A stretch of DNA of 64,000 nucleotides from an uncultured Candidatus Saccharibacteria bacterium (GTDB lineage Bacteria > Patescibacteriota > UBA1384 > JAMDBS01 > CAYSHH01): positions 82,678 through 146,677 of the forward strand of contig CAYSHH010000001.1 in NCBI GenBank assembly GCA_964430945.1, given 5' to 3'. The position numbers and the translations under genes were made by a program. Each line of letters opens with the position of its first letter. Position 1 is the first letter of the stretch. Shown in pieces: positions 48,601 through 57,013 of the stretch. The notes under the pieces were generated by a model that saw nothing but the letters and a program-made list of their open reading frames with translations, had not been told where the DNA came from and made no database searches.

Positions 48601-49155
48601 CATGCTTAAATCATAATATATCTTATCGTCTGTGATTTTTAGAGAATATCCTCCTCTGATTTTTTTTATTGAAACCTTAATATAAAAAAGAAAACTCGAA
48701 TGTGCTTCTTGGTTCAAAAACGTACCGTCTTTTTCTATTCTTTTTCCACCTCTTAATTTAGCTTTCTGAGATAATTGGTGATCAATATTAAAACTAAATT
48801 CACCGAATCTTACTATAATATCTTTAGTAAATTCCTGGTTTTTTTGTGCAGATATTAAATTCTCGATGTTTAAAGCAATATCCTTTTCAAATTCATAGTC
48901 TTTCTGGTTTTCTTCGGTTACTGTTTTAGGGGTATACTTGTTTAAAACTTCAAGTTTGATATTTACTTTATTATTGTCTGCATTAAAAGCTAAAACATCA
49001 TCAATTTTAAGATATTTTTCATTTAATGAAATATATTCTTTTGGCCTGAGAGATGCATTGCATATCCTAAGATATCCCAAACAATATTTAATATAATTTG
49101 ATAGAAATTTTTTTTGTTCATTGTCGGAAGATTCTGATTGATTATTATTTATCAT
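45628..49155 (-). CDS. SF1 (Upf1/Dna2-like) helicase with C-terminal Vsr/DUF559-like nuclease
   Basis: Q motif YNRSQ, GPPGTGKSQT, ILDESSQ, VGDPKQ, EHYRS, QGEERD, NVAFSRAR; C-terminal DSNFEKE, IDF, IECDG..H, LE..GWKFLRI. Confidence 0.9.
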   Translation of the reverse strand: MINNNQSESSDNEQKKFLSNYIKYCLGYLRICNASLRPKEYISLNEKYLKIDDVLAFNADNNKVNIKLEVLNKYTPKTVTEENQKDYEFEKDIALNIENLISAQKNQEFTKDIIVRFGEFSFNIDHQLSQKAKLRGGKRIEKDGTFLNQEAHSSFLFYIKVSIKKIRGGYSLKITDDKIYYDLSMFENILENEDFYYDLLKDFGKFDQDTKLNLPGNIKILKELGEILVNKLRLTKINFAQNNCDFSIISLSLAPKSNYFLTKDLEILSEKKNEELAKSSIGVWSQESDNELNLVDNESIKQGNIFYPFKYNRSQLKVIQFLQNKAFIIEGPPGTGKSQTISNLLCHLVAKGKRILFVSQKQQALRVVKDKMNDLGIDHLFGYMTSDITEKQIYDSFSNSLERLKLDSFLSRHNIDEQDIQKQIKEIVEKSLLFNKGIKQQETIFHLKEKIKKYPEEYFYLENYRKLEEKLNLETVKNLQEKINKISYLEKRRKDYENTYKKEFDKFSEFFSTVLAMYWEKNLSADVEEMIDEMIQFDYDNQNLIKSIIKKIQLQKAHRNNIEKMPKEMTSILKKCLADKTKSLGTKVKFFESVQRYCVFQEQRLQIENTREQINEFLESINTTLDELKRIIKIILSSQNQKKELSDFFEFNKITEQIIEIDFIDYSNISNEINDFEKNRQKIVGQYLRNQIKYKVSLYKDLKATIRGKIISFAKGLKKSKKAFKTFERLRNDLSIFSAVSNIVPIWIMNLEDASRVLPLEQNLFDYVILDESSQCNIAYALPTMYRAEKAIIVGDPKQMRDDTVLFKKKSILEDLALRFDIDEDYRIMGRYENIKSILDIGILRGIKSKFLEEHYRSPVEIIGFCNENFYDNSLKVVNNSYLTYKDTNRVLVNHLVKYDTEDKENISPSVNSNEANEIIKFIKDIKKDPIYKDKSIAILSFFNDQADLIRKKIENTFGIDHNIKIGIIDGIQGEERDIVIFSLVIHDPSQKMQYVALTGEGGDIRPEIVRGRINVAFSRARLQVHCFTSLDYREWPEKIWLDKFLCYIETNGVVESTKKELRSFDSNFEKEFYDLANNKLQSKKYLIYNQVPTCGYYIDFVIQNKENNTKLAIECDGPCHFSDEENMEYIDSDIKRQMVLESAGWKFLRIKYSNWINNNYNRDQIIEEIKKELN

Positions 49156-49165
49156 TTAAAATCCC

Positions 49166-50086
49166 TTATTTAAATTTATTATAAATCTGTTTTATTAAAA
49201 ATAAAGCATATTCCAGGTCATCTTCATTTTTAATCGAAAATTCTGTCTGGTGTTTATGATAATATTTGTAACTATTTTTTATATATAGAAGAGTTTTCTT
49301 TGGATCTTTAAAATCTTTGGGTTGCACCCTATTTAATATTAAATTTAATTTATTTCTTTGAGATTTAAACTCAAATAAAACTCTAGAATCCATCTTGTAA
49401 CCAATGTAATATTTTTGTGGACTTTCTTCTAAATTTGGGTAAACTTCTAAAATGTTTTCTCTAATCTTATCAAAAAGTTCTTTTGATTTTTCCCAGCCTT
49501 TTTTAAAATGATCATCTATTGTATACTTTTTAACTTCTTTAGATACTTTTTGAACTATACCACTTGTCTTAGAAAGAGTTTTTATTGATTCTGAGGTTTC
49601 AGGAGATACAAGCTGATCAAATTCAATAATATTGCCAGAGTATTTGGCAACCTTCCAAAGTTCAATTGGTAAATCATTAAAATTAATAGCTTGCTTTTGA
49701 TGTTTTGTATAACTTCTTGCAACAAAAATTACTCGTGTTTGTGACCAGTCAACTTGATCTTTTTTAAGACTATCTTTCTGAGTTTCATTGTAATGTAAGA
49801 TAAAGTCAGCTTTATTATTAAGAGCCAAGCTTAAATACGCATATCCTTGATCAATAACAGATATATTTCTGTCTTTTTTGTATTCAATAATCACAAAGGA
49901 TTTTGATTCATCATCAAAAGCAAGAGTATCAATACGTAAGTTGTTGAGTGCAAATTCTGTAGCAATAAATTTGAGTCCAAAAATCTCTGAAAGATTTTTT
50001 TCAGCAAGAGTTTGAATATCTTTTTCCAAATCAAAAGAAAATTCTTTTACTAGCTCTAATTTGTTATTGACTTTCTTAAAAAGCAT
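49166..50086 (-). CDS. EndoNucS-like PD-(D/E)XK nuclease with C-terminal DUF5655-like domain
   Basis: LEKDIQ, RIDTLA, IIEYK, QG.AY; C-terminal KYYIGYK...YAL.LIKQ.Y. Confidence 0.78.
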   Translation of the reverse strand: MLFKKVNNKLELVKEFSFDLEKDIQTLAEKNLSEIFGLKFIATEFALNNLRIDTLAFDDESKSFVIIEYKKDRNISVIDQGYAYLSLALNNKADFILHYNETQKDSLKKDQVDWSQTRVIFVARSYTKHQKQAINFNDLPIELWKVAKYSGNIIEFDQLVSPETSESIKTLSKTSGIVQKVSKEVKKYTIDDHFKKGWEKSKELFDKIRENILEVYPNLEESPQKYYIGYKMDSRVLFEFKSQRNKLNLILNRVQPKDFKDPKKTLLYIKNSYKYYHKHQTEFSIKNEDDLEYALFLIKQIYNKFK

Positions 50087-50145
50087 ACTTAAATTATACT
50101 TCCAAACAGGTTAGAACACAACCTTTTAATAAAAAGTAAACGTAT

Positions 50146-51255
50146 TTAATTTAATTTGTCGGCAGCAGATTTAATCTTTGAAATTAGTTTTTGAATATTT
50201 AAATCATCAAATAATTCAAAAGCAGTAATCTTTCCATCTTCATAACTACTAAGAGATCTGAAATATTCTACATACTTTTTGATAGGTGAACATTCCTCAT
50301 TCATTTTACAAAGTTTGTCATATTGTTCGTTTGGATAGCTGAAAGTTAATCTTGGACTGTTGTCTTTGATTTCAAAGAATAGATAAGAAAAATTGTTATA
50401 CCCACCAGGTTTTTTGATATCTTCTGGAAATGGTGTCATAAGAGAAAATCCATTCTTTCTCCATGTAACTTTTACATTTTTGGAATTCTGAAAGTTATCA
50501 AGTAACTTAATGGCTAACTGCTTTGCATTACCACTAAGCTTATTTACAAAATCATTTTGCGCGATTGGAGTTCTATCATAATCATCTGACTTTGTAATAT
50601 TCTTGGTAACACTTTTCCTGTATGGGTTGGCAAGACGAGGAACAAGAAACTTTTGATTTTTATCGCCAATAAGCTCCATTTGGGCAATATAAAAGTCAAT
50701 TTCTTGACCAGTCCTATCATTAAGATAGTTAGCAATATTTTTAAGCTCATCATTTACTTTATCTACTACTATCAAGATACTAAAGCTTCCTAATCTTAAG
50801 CGTTTTTCAATTCCTTCCTTAAAATCACTTTCTGAAAAACTATCGCCAAATTTTTCCTTAAGATAATCGGATAAATTACCTTGATATTGGATTTTCTCTT
50901 GTAAAAGATATTGTTTGAAATAATTTTCAATATCTTCGTAATTTTTATTCCATAAATACGAAGCATATCCTAGAGCTTGTCCGACAACAGTTCTTTTCAC
51001 TTCTGGGTTTTGATCAAGTTTTGTCTCAATAATTACAATCTGACCTTGCGGACTTACTGCCAATAGATCAAGATAGCCATTTTCTAAAGATACTTCTTTA
51101 CCTATAGTTACGAATTGATCAGAATAACCCATATCTTCAAAAGGTAAAGTATTTACATCTTTTGATAATATATCTTGAAGTTCAGATTCATTTTTATATG
51201 CCTGTTTTTGAGTTTTAGTCCAACCATCTTTAGTTTTATGTAATATGTGTGTCAT
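50146..51255 (-). CDS. EndoNucS-like PD-(D/E)XK nuclease
   Basis: E.ELQ, GKE, DLLAV, IIETKL..N.E..R.VVGQALGYA. Confidence 0.78.
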   Translation of the reverse strand: MTHILHKTKDGWTKTQKQAYKNESELQDILSKDVNTLPFEDMGYSDQFVTIGKEVSLENGYLDLLAVSPQGQIVIIETKLDQNPEVKRTVVGQALGYASYLWNKNYEDIENYFKQYLLQEKIQYQGNLSDYLKEKFGDSFSESDFKEGIEKRLRLGSFSILIVVDKVNDELKNIANYLNDRTGQEIDFYIAQMELIGDKNQKFLVPRLANPYRKSVTKNITKSDDYDRTPIAQNDFVNKLSGNAKQLAIKLLDNFQNSKNVKVTWRKNGFSLMTPFPEDIKKPGGYNNFSYLFFEIKDNSPRLTFSYPNEQYDKLCKMNEECSPIKKYVEYFRSLSSYEDGKITAFELFDDLNIQKLISKIKSAADKLN

Positions 51256-51275
51256 ATCTTCCTTTCTATATAACT

Positions 51276-51302
51276 AAAAAACCACAGTTAAAAACTGTGA
51301 TT
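51276..51302 (-). terminator. Intrinsic terminator/attenuator upstream of nuclease operon
   Basis: Minus strand AATCACAGTT-TTT-AACTGTGGTT-TTTT, ~20 nt before the 51255 start. Confidence 0.6.
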
Positions 51303-51344
51303 AAATAATAAAATATAAATTGTAATTTAATATTACTTTCATAT

Positions 51345-51488
51345 TGTCGCAGTGGATTTCTGTGAACGAAAGAGTACAAAAAGGGTCTCCCGTTCACCGA
51401 CAGCTCTTACGAAACTGCCTACTACCTTTCGGTAGTAACCACTGCGACATGATAGTGAGACGGAAGACCGTCTTTATGTCGCAGTGGA
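51345..51488 (-). ncRNA. C4/CI-like antisense RNA leader
   Basis: TGTCGCAGTGGA at 51345-51356 and 51477-51488 with complement CCACTGCGACA at 51439-51449; enclosed hairpins TACTACC-GAAA-GGTAGTA, GCAGTTT/GAGCTGT and GTGAACG/CGTTCAC. Confidence 0.65.
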
Positions 51489-51554
51489 ATATTTATTAAA
51501 ACCATATCTTACATATAAATATATAAGGGTTAGGTTTGTTTCTAACTAATTGTT

Positions 51555-51613
51555 ACTAACAGGTATATAATAGCATAAATAAACATTAAATAAAAGTATT
51601 TCTACCTGTTAGT
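51555..51613. repeat. 11 bp perfect inverted repeat in divergent promoter region
   Basis: ACTAACAGGTA (51555-51565) / TACCTGTTAGT (51603-51613). Confidence 0.7.
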
Positions 51614-51661
51614 TATCTACATCTAGACATATATCACATTATCCGGCATCCTTACCTTGCT

Positions 51662-52954
51662 ATGCAGACAATTCTATCCAAAGGAAAGAAAATTAATTTC
51701 TGCTTATATGCTCGCAAATCATCAGAACGTGATGAATTGCAAGCTTTGTCAATTGAGACTCAGGTAAACGAAATGCTTGCTATTGCTAAAAGAGATGATT
51801 TGAAAATCATAGATATTCGTAAGGAATCTCATTCAGCAAAAGACAGTGGTGAGCGTCCAGTTTTCAGATCAATAATAAACGATATAAAAGCTGATAAGAT
51901 TCAGGGAATTCTCACCTGGGCACCAGACAGATTAAGCCGAAATGCTGGTGATTTAGGGTTATTAGTCGATCTTATGGATCAAAAGTATTTGCTTGAAATT
52001 AGAACGTATAATCAAATATTTACCAATTCACCGAATGATAAATTTCTGCTGATGATACTAGGATCACAGGCAAAATTAGAGAATGACAATAAGGCGATAA
52101 ATGTTAAAAGAGGATTAAAAGCAAAGTGCGAGATGGGATTTAGACCAGGCATGTCACCATTAGGGTTTATCAATGACAAATATGCTAAAAAAGGTGAAAA
52201 AAAAGTTCGTTTAGATCCAAAACGTGCTCCTATTATGAAGGAGATGTTTAAAAAAGTTGCTTCAGGAGAGAGTGGTCGAGCAGTATTTCGGTGGCTTAAT
52301 CAAACGGGCTTTACTACCAGATCAGGTAAAAAAGTAACTTTAAGCTTAGTATATGATATGCTTCATAATTCATATTATTGTGGTAAATTTGAATATCCAA
52401 TAGGAAGTGGCAATTGGTATAAAGTTGGACATGAAACTTTAATCTCAGAAGAAACTTTTAATCAAGTTCAACAAGTATTAGAAGTCGCTCCCAAATCTAG
52501 ACCAGGAACCAAAGAATTTGATTTTACTAGACTTATTAAATGCGGTTCTTGCGGTTCTGGTGTGGGAGCTGAAGAAAAATTTAAAACTCTCAAGAACGGA
52601 AGTAAAAACAGATATGTATATTATCATTGTACTAAAGGCGCTGATCGAAACTGTAAAGAATTATACATCAGAGAAGAAGATTTAGTTGAGCAATTGATTC
52701 AATTGATAGATAAACTTGATATTAACCAATTTGATGCTCAGAGGAAACTTCGAAATGAAATTGCTAGATATGAAAGATTTACTAAAGGAGTATTAGGTGA
52801 GAAAACAAATCATATCGGAAAAACAAACAAGGTAAAAATACACAATTATGCAAAATATGTCTTAAAGAATGGAACCAGAGAAGAAAAAAGAGAATTGTTA
52901 AGTTGTCTCAAAACAAAATTATACCTTAAAGACCAGAAAATATATATGCAATAG
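51662..52954 (+). CDS. Large serine recombinase, paralog of 29249-30604
   Basis: YARKSSE, DRLSRNAGDLG, NSPNDKFLLMILGSQAKLEND nearly identical to left copy, KCGSCG...YYHC. Confidence 0.94.
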   Translation: MQTILSKGKKINFCLYARKSSERDELQALSIETQVNEMLAIAKRDDLKIIDIRKESHSAKDSGERPVFRSIINDIKADKIQGILTWAPDRLSRNAGDLGLLVDLMDQKYLLEIRTYNQIFTNSPNDKFLLMILGSQAKLENDNKAINVKRGLKAKCEMGFRPGMSPLGFINDKYAKKGEKKVRLDPKRAPIMKEMFKKVASGESGRAVFRWLNQTGFTTRSGKKVTLSLVYDMLHNSYYCGKFEYPIGSGNWYKVGHETLISEETFNQVQQVLEVAPKSRPGTKEFDFTRLIKCGSCGSGVGAEEKFKTLKNGSKNRYVYYHCTKGADRNCKELYIREEDLVEQLIQLIDKLDINQFDAQRKLRNEIARYERFTKGVLGEKTNHIGKTNKVKIHNYAKYVLKNGTREEKRELLSCLKTKLYLKDQKIYMQ

Positions 52955-53080
52955 TTTGGTTCGAGTCCGATTTCTGGTCAAACAAAAAAAGCGTTTTTAA
53001 ACACTCTTTTTGATGTACATATGTTTTCTAGCTAACCTGTAATCCCTTGACAGGAAATGGTCGCCAGGAACATATGGTGT

Positions 53081-53155
53081 TGGCTCCGGAGCTCGGACTC
53101 GAACCGAGAACCCTCTCGTTAACAGCGAGATGCTCTGCCATTGAGCTACTCCGGA
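53081..53155 (-). tRNA. tRNA-Asn(GTT)
   Basis: TCCGGAG/CTCCGGA acceptor, TCTCG-type arm with CT GTT AA loop, GGTTCGAGTCC, CCA. Confidence 0.95.
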
Positions 53156-53210
53156 CTATTATTTTTGTAAGAATATTCTATCAGTTAAAATTAGTCTTTT
53201 CAAGAGATTA

Positions 53211-54311
53211 TTAATTCAAATAGTCTCTAAGCTTTTGACTCTTTTCATGTTTTCTAAGTTTCTCAAGGGCTTTGGCTTCAATCTGTCGAATTCTCTCACG
53301 CGTAACGCCAAATTCATTACCTACTTCTTCAAGAGTATGGGTACGGCCCGTCTCAAGCCCGAATCTCATCTTGAGAATTTTTTGTTCACGTGGCGATAAT
53401 GAATTTAAAAACTCAGCAACATGTCCTTTAAGAAGTTCATATATTGCCTTCTCTCGTGGGGTTAAACTCTCTTTGTCTTCAATAAAATCACCGAGTTTAG
53501 AATCCTCTTCTTCTCCGACAGGAGCCTCAAGAGATACAGTTTCTTGAGAAATTTTAAGTATATGATCAACCTTATCAACTGGTATTTCCATCTCAGCTGC
53601 AATTTCTTCAGGAAGCGGAGGTCTACCGAGTTCCTGCACAAGCTGTCTTTGAACTCTAACTAATTTATTTATCAATTCAACCATATGAACCGGTATCCGA
53701 ATAGTTCTTGCCTGATCAGCAATCGCGCGAGTAATAGCTTGTCGTATCCACCACGTAGCGTAAGTAGAAAATTTAAAACCTTTACGATAATTAAATTTTT
53801 CTACAGCTCTAAGAAGTCCCGCGTTTCCTTCTTGTATTAGATCGAGCAAAGTGAGACCCCTACCAATATATTTTTTTGCAATAGAAACTACAAGTCGCAA
53901 ATTGGCTTCAGCCAATTTCTTTTTGGCCAATTCATCTCCAGCTTCAATCCTCTTGGCGAGTCTTACCTCATCTTTACCCGTAATAAGAGGAATATTTCCA
54001 ATCTCTCTCAGATACATCCTTACCGAATCATCAGAAATGTTTCTAAGATCAGAAGCATCTTTGTCGCTATCCTTCTCAAGCTCTTCTTGTATTAATTTCC
54101 TAGGCTCTCTGACTTCAATACCTTCTTTTAGAAGCAAAGAATATAATTGATCTATAAGGGGTATATTTTCTTCAACCTTACCCATTCTCTGAAGCATTTC
54201 TATTTCAGTAACAAACCCATGAGCACGCCCTTTTCTTATAAGAGGCTTAAGTTCTTCTGGAAAATCGGATAAATCGTCCTGGGGTATATATTTTGGTAAT
54301 TTTTTAGCCAT
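53211..54311 (-). CDS. rpoD: RNA polymerase primary sigma factor
   Basis: [61 protein letters not shown]. Confidence 0.98.
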   Translation of the reverse strand: MAKKLPKYIPQDDLSDFPEELKPLIRKGRAHGFVTEIEMLQRMGKVEENIPLIDQLYSLLLKEGIEVREPRKLIQEELEKDSDKDASDLRNISDDSVRMYLREIGNIPLITGKDEVRLAKRIEAGDELAKKKLAEANLRLVVSIAKKYIGRGLTLLDLIQEGNAGLLRAVEKFNYRKGFKFSTYATWWIRQAITRAIADQARTIRIPVHMVELINKLVRVQRQLVQELGRPPLPEEIAAEMEIPVDKVDHILKISQETVSLEAPVGEEEDSKLGDFIEDKESLTPREKAIYELLKGHVAEFLNSLSPREQKILKMRFGLETGRTHTLEEVGNEFGVTRERIRQIEAKALEKLRKHEKSQKLRDYLN

Positions 54312-54377
54312 TAGATTTTATAAATTATATTATTAGTCATTAATCAATTTATCACAGATCACAAACCATAACCGAAA

Positions 54378-56141
54378 TTATTTTTTTGATATTTTTTCCT
54401 GAAATTTCTCTAAAAGTTTTTTTACTTCTCCGATGTCCTTCTTTTCTTCTGCATGAGATATAAGCTGAGCAAATTCTTCTTTTACTTTCTTATTCGATTG
54501 CCCTTTTATTCTGGCCATATAATCACTGAATACCTGATCCGCCTCGTCATCATCAATTTCTTTCATCTTCTTTTCGACTTCCATAACAAAAAACTTGACT
54601 CTTTCCTGTAAGTCTTTGGGCAATTTTTTTTCTATACACCCTGAAATTATCTTAAGATCATCATCTGTCAGAGTTTTTTTATCAACCTCATTATAACAAT
54701 CACTTATCACTTTGTAAACAGAGCGAACATCATCATCTAACAAATCATTGTCAGTAAGGTTTTCTACAAAAAGCTGGATAAACCTAGGATGAATTAAAAC
54801 CAAACCTAGAAGGTATTTTTCTTCAGACACATTCTTATATGGCTTTCTAGTTGTAGATTCAACTTTCTTATTCTTACTTTTACTCTTAAACCTCACAATA
54901 ATTTCATCAATGATCCTATTAGTAACACCTACTCTAGCTGCAATAGCCTTCTTGTAATGTTCAAATTCCAAAGGATCACCGATCACCGAAAGATATCCAA
55001 CAAGTTCCTTTGTAATCTGCTTTTTCTCATTTGTTCCAATATTTTTTCCATATTCATCAAATATTATGTCTAAGAGCCATTCCACTGCTGGCCTTTTTTG
55101 TTTCGATATTTTCTTCCATTCATTTGGATCCTTTTCGACAATGTCCCCAACATCCTTATAGCCATTCGGAATTTCAATAATATATGGCGAAATATCTATA
55201 TTATAAGCCATTTTTATAGCTTTTTTTGCAGCAATTTTTCCAGCATCGTCGCCATCAAAACAAAATGATATATCAACATTATATCTTGATAATATTTTTA
55301 AATGATCTTCGGTCAACGCAGTACCAGAAGTAGCAACCACATTTTCTACACCAGCAATATGCGAAAGCACTACATCCATTTGCCCCTCCACCAATATCAA
55401 ATGCTTCTCTTTTCTAATACTATCACGAGAAAAATTTAGTCCATACAATGTTTTTGACTTGTGAAATATTATAGTTTCAGGCGTATTTAGATATTTAGGT
55501 TCGATATTTTTTTCAATAGTTCTACCCGTAAAAGCAACTACGTTGCCAAGTCTATCCTGAATCGGAAACATGATACGCTTATAAAACTTATCTGGGTTGC
55601 CAGCCTCCCTTATTTGAGTATCATTAAAACCTCTTTTTTTAAAAAATCCAAGAAGAACCCTACTGCTAGGGGCGTAACCAATCATAAATTTACTTATTGC
55701 ATCATTGTTAATCTTTCTTGATTTGAGATATTTGTTGGCCAATAATGCACTTTCGTGATCCTTAAGAATCTTATTGAAAACCTTAGCAGAAAGACTATTT
55801 ATCTTAAAAATAGCAGTTTTTGTATCTTTTTCCCGAGCATATTCTTTAGGTGGTTTTCGATTTTTAGACAATTGTACGCCAGCTCGATCTGCGAGTATCT
55901 GAAGTGCTTCAGGAAAGCTGAGATTTTCCACCTTCATTAAAAATTCAAATATGTCTCCACCTTCTGAGCACCCGAAACATTTGAATATTTGTTTGTCGCT
56001 AGATACCATAAAAGACGGTGTCTTCTCATTGTGAAATGGGCAAAGACCTCTCCAATTTGCTCCAGCTCGGTGGAGCTCCACATATTGCCTTACAAACTCA
56101 ACAATATCAATACTATCTTTGATTTGATCAACTTCGTTCAT
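54378..56141 (-). CDS. dnaG: DNA primase
   Basis: CPFHNEKTPSF...CFGC Zn finger, KYLNTPET, VEGQMDV, FDGDDAG TOPRIM. Confidence 0.97.
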   Translation of the reverse strand: MNEVDQIKDSIDIVEFVRQYVELHRAGANWRGLCPFHNEKTPSFMVSSDKQIFKCFGCSEGGDIFEFLMKVENLSFPEALQILADRAGVQLSKNRKPPKEYAREKDTKTAIFKINSLSAKVFNKILKDHESALLANKYLKSRKINNDAISKFMIGYAPSSRVLLGFFKKRGFNDTQIREAGNPDKFYKRIMFPIQDRLGNVVAFTGRTIEKNIEPKYLNTPETIIFHKSKTLYGLNFSRDSIRKEKHLILVEGQMDVVLSHIAGVENVVATSGTALTEDHLKILSRYNVDISFCFDGDDAGKIAAKKAIKMAYNIDISPYIIEIPNGYKDVGDIVEKDPNEWKKISKQKRPAVEWLLDIIFDEYGKNIGTNEKKQITKELVGYLSVIGDPLEFEHYKKAIAARVGVTNRIIDEIIVRFKSKSKNKKVESTTRKPYKNVSEEKYLLGLVLIHPRFIQLFVENLTDNDLLDDDVRSVYKVISDCYNEVDKKTLTDDDLKIISGCIEKKLPKDLQERVKFFVMEVEKKMKEIDDDEADQVFSDYMARIKGQSNKKVKEEFAQLISHAEEKKDIGEVKKLLEKFQEKISKK

Positions 56142-56227
56142 GTTTTAAGTATCTAGAATAATCAGTCAAGAATCAAGGGTAAATAAAAAACACACTCAAT
56201 GTGTGCACTTCAAAATTACAATAAAAC

Positions 56228-56315
56228 TGGCGGAAGGAGAGGGATTCGAACCCTCGATGCCTTGCGACATACACGCTTTCCAAGCGTGCGCACTAGACCA
56301 CTATGCGATCCTTCC
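56228..56315 (-). tRNA. tRNA-Ser(GGA)
   Basis: GGAAGGA/TCCTTCC acceptor, CACGC TT GGA AA GCGTG, long variable arm, G73 CCA. Confidence 0.95.
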
Positions 56316-56384
56316 ATTGATTTTTGGTATATAAAATGATAGCATTTTTAGACACAATCAACAAGAGACAAGAGGTGAAGCACA

Positions 56385-56984
56385 TTGAAAATTTATTTAT
56401 TTTTATACCCTATTAAAAAGTATTTTGAATATTCGTTTTCTGAAGTTGCAACAATATTACAAGAAAATAATTTAACACCAAGAAGAATTGACCAAATCAT
56501 TGATACAAGATATAGACAAAATAATTTTCAAATAATATGGCTAGTTTTTGCTGATACTATACATGATCAAAAAAATAATTGTCTTAATTCGATTAGCCCA
56601 TATATCACAATACATAAAAACGATATTATATTAAAAAGCGAACTTACATTTAGCCAGATGGAAAAATCACTGTATCCACAAGAAAAAATAATTTATGAAA
56701 AGATAGTTAAACTAACTGGCCCTATAGAAAAAATTACTTTAGGAGGATTCCATCAAAATGACTGTGTAGAAAAAATAGCAAAATGTTTTCACAATCTAGA
56801 CATATATACACAAATAGATGAAGAAACTACTGAGTTATTTTTTACTATTACAGCTCACAATAAAAAAGAAATTCCTCTTACTCGATCCAAACCCACCACT
56901 CTTGAAGATTTGGGTGTATCGGAAAATTTTTTAGAATTAGCCAGGAAATGTAGAAAAGACAAACCCTGGCTTACTCAGGCATAG
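56385..56984 (+). CDS. Hypothetical protein with GGFHxxDCV motif (paralog of 59421-59870)
   Basis: GAGGTG RBS before TTG; collinear similarity with 59421-59870. Confidence 0.75.
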   Translation: MKIYLFLYPIKKYFEYSFSEVATILQENNLTPRRIDQIIDTRYRQNNFQIIWLVFADTIHDQKNNCLNSISPYITIHKNDIILKSELTFSQMEKSLYPQEKIIYEKIVKLTGPIEKITLGGFHQNDCVEKIAKCFHNLDIYTQIDEETTELFFTITAHNKKEIPLTRSKPTTLEDLGVSENFLELARKCRKDKPWLTQA

Positions 56985-57013
56985 CCCGATTATTAATCGG
57001 GTTTTTATTTTTT

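Larger units (their letters stand above)
28981..53098. mobile_element. ~24 kb integrative element at tRNA-Asn with two terminal serine recombinases
   Basis: 28981-28998 matches 53081-53098 (tRNA-Asn 3' end) at 14/18 positions; recombinases at both ends; phage-like and defence-like cargo; core genes resume outside. Confidence 0.75.
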
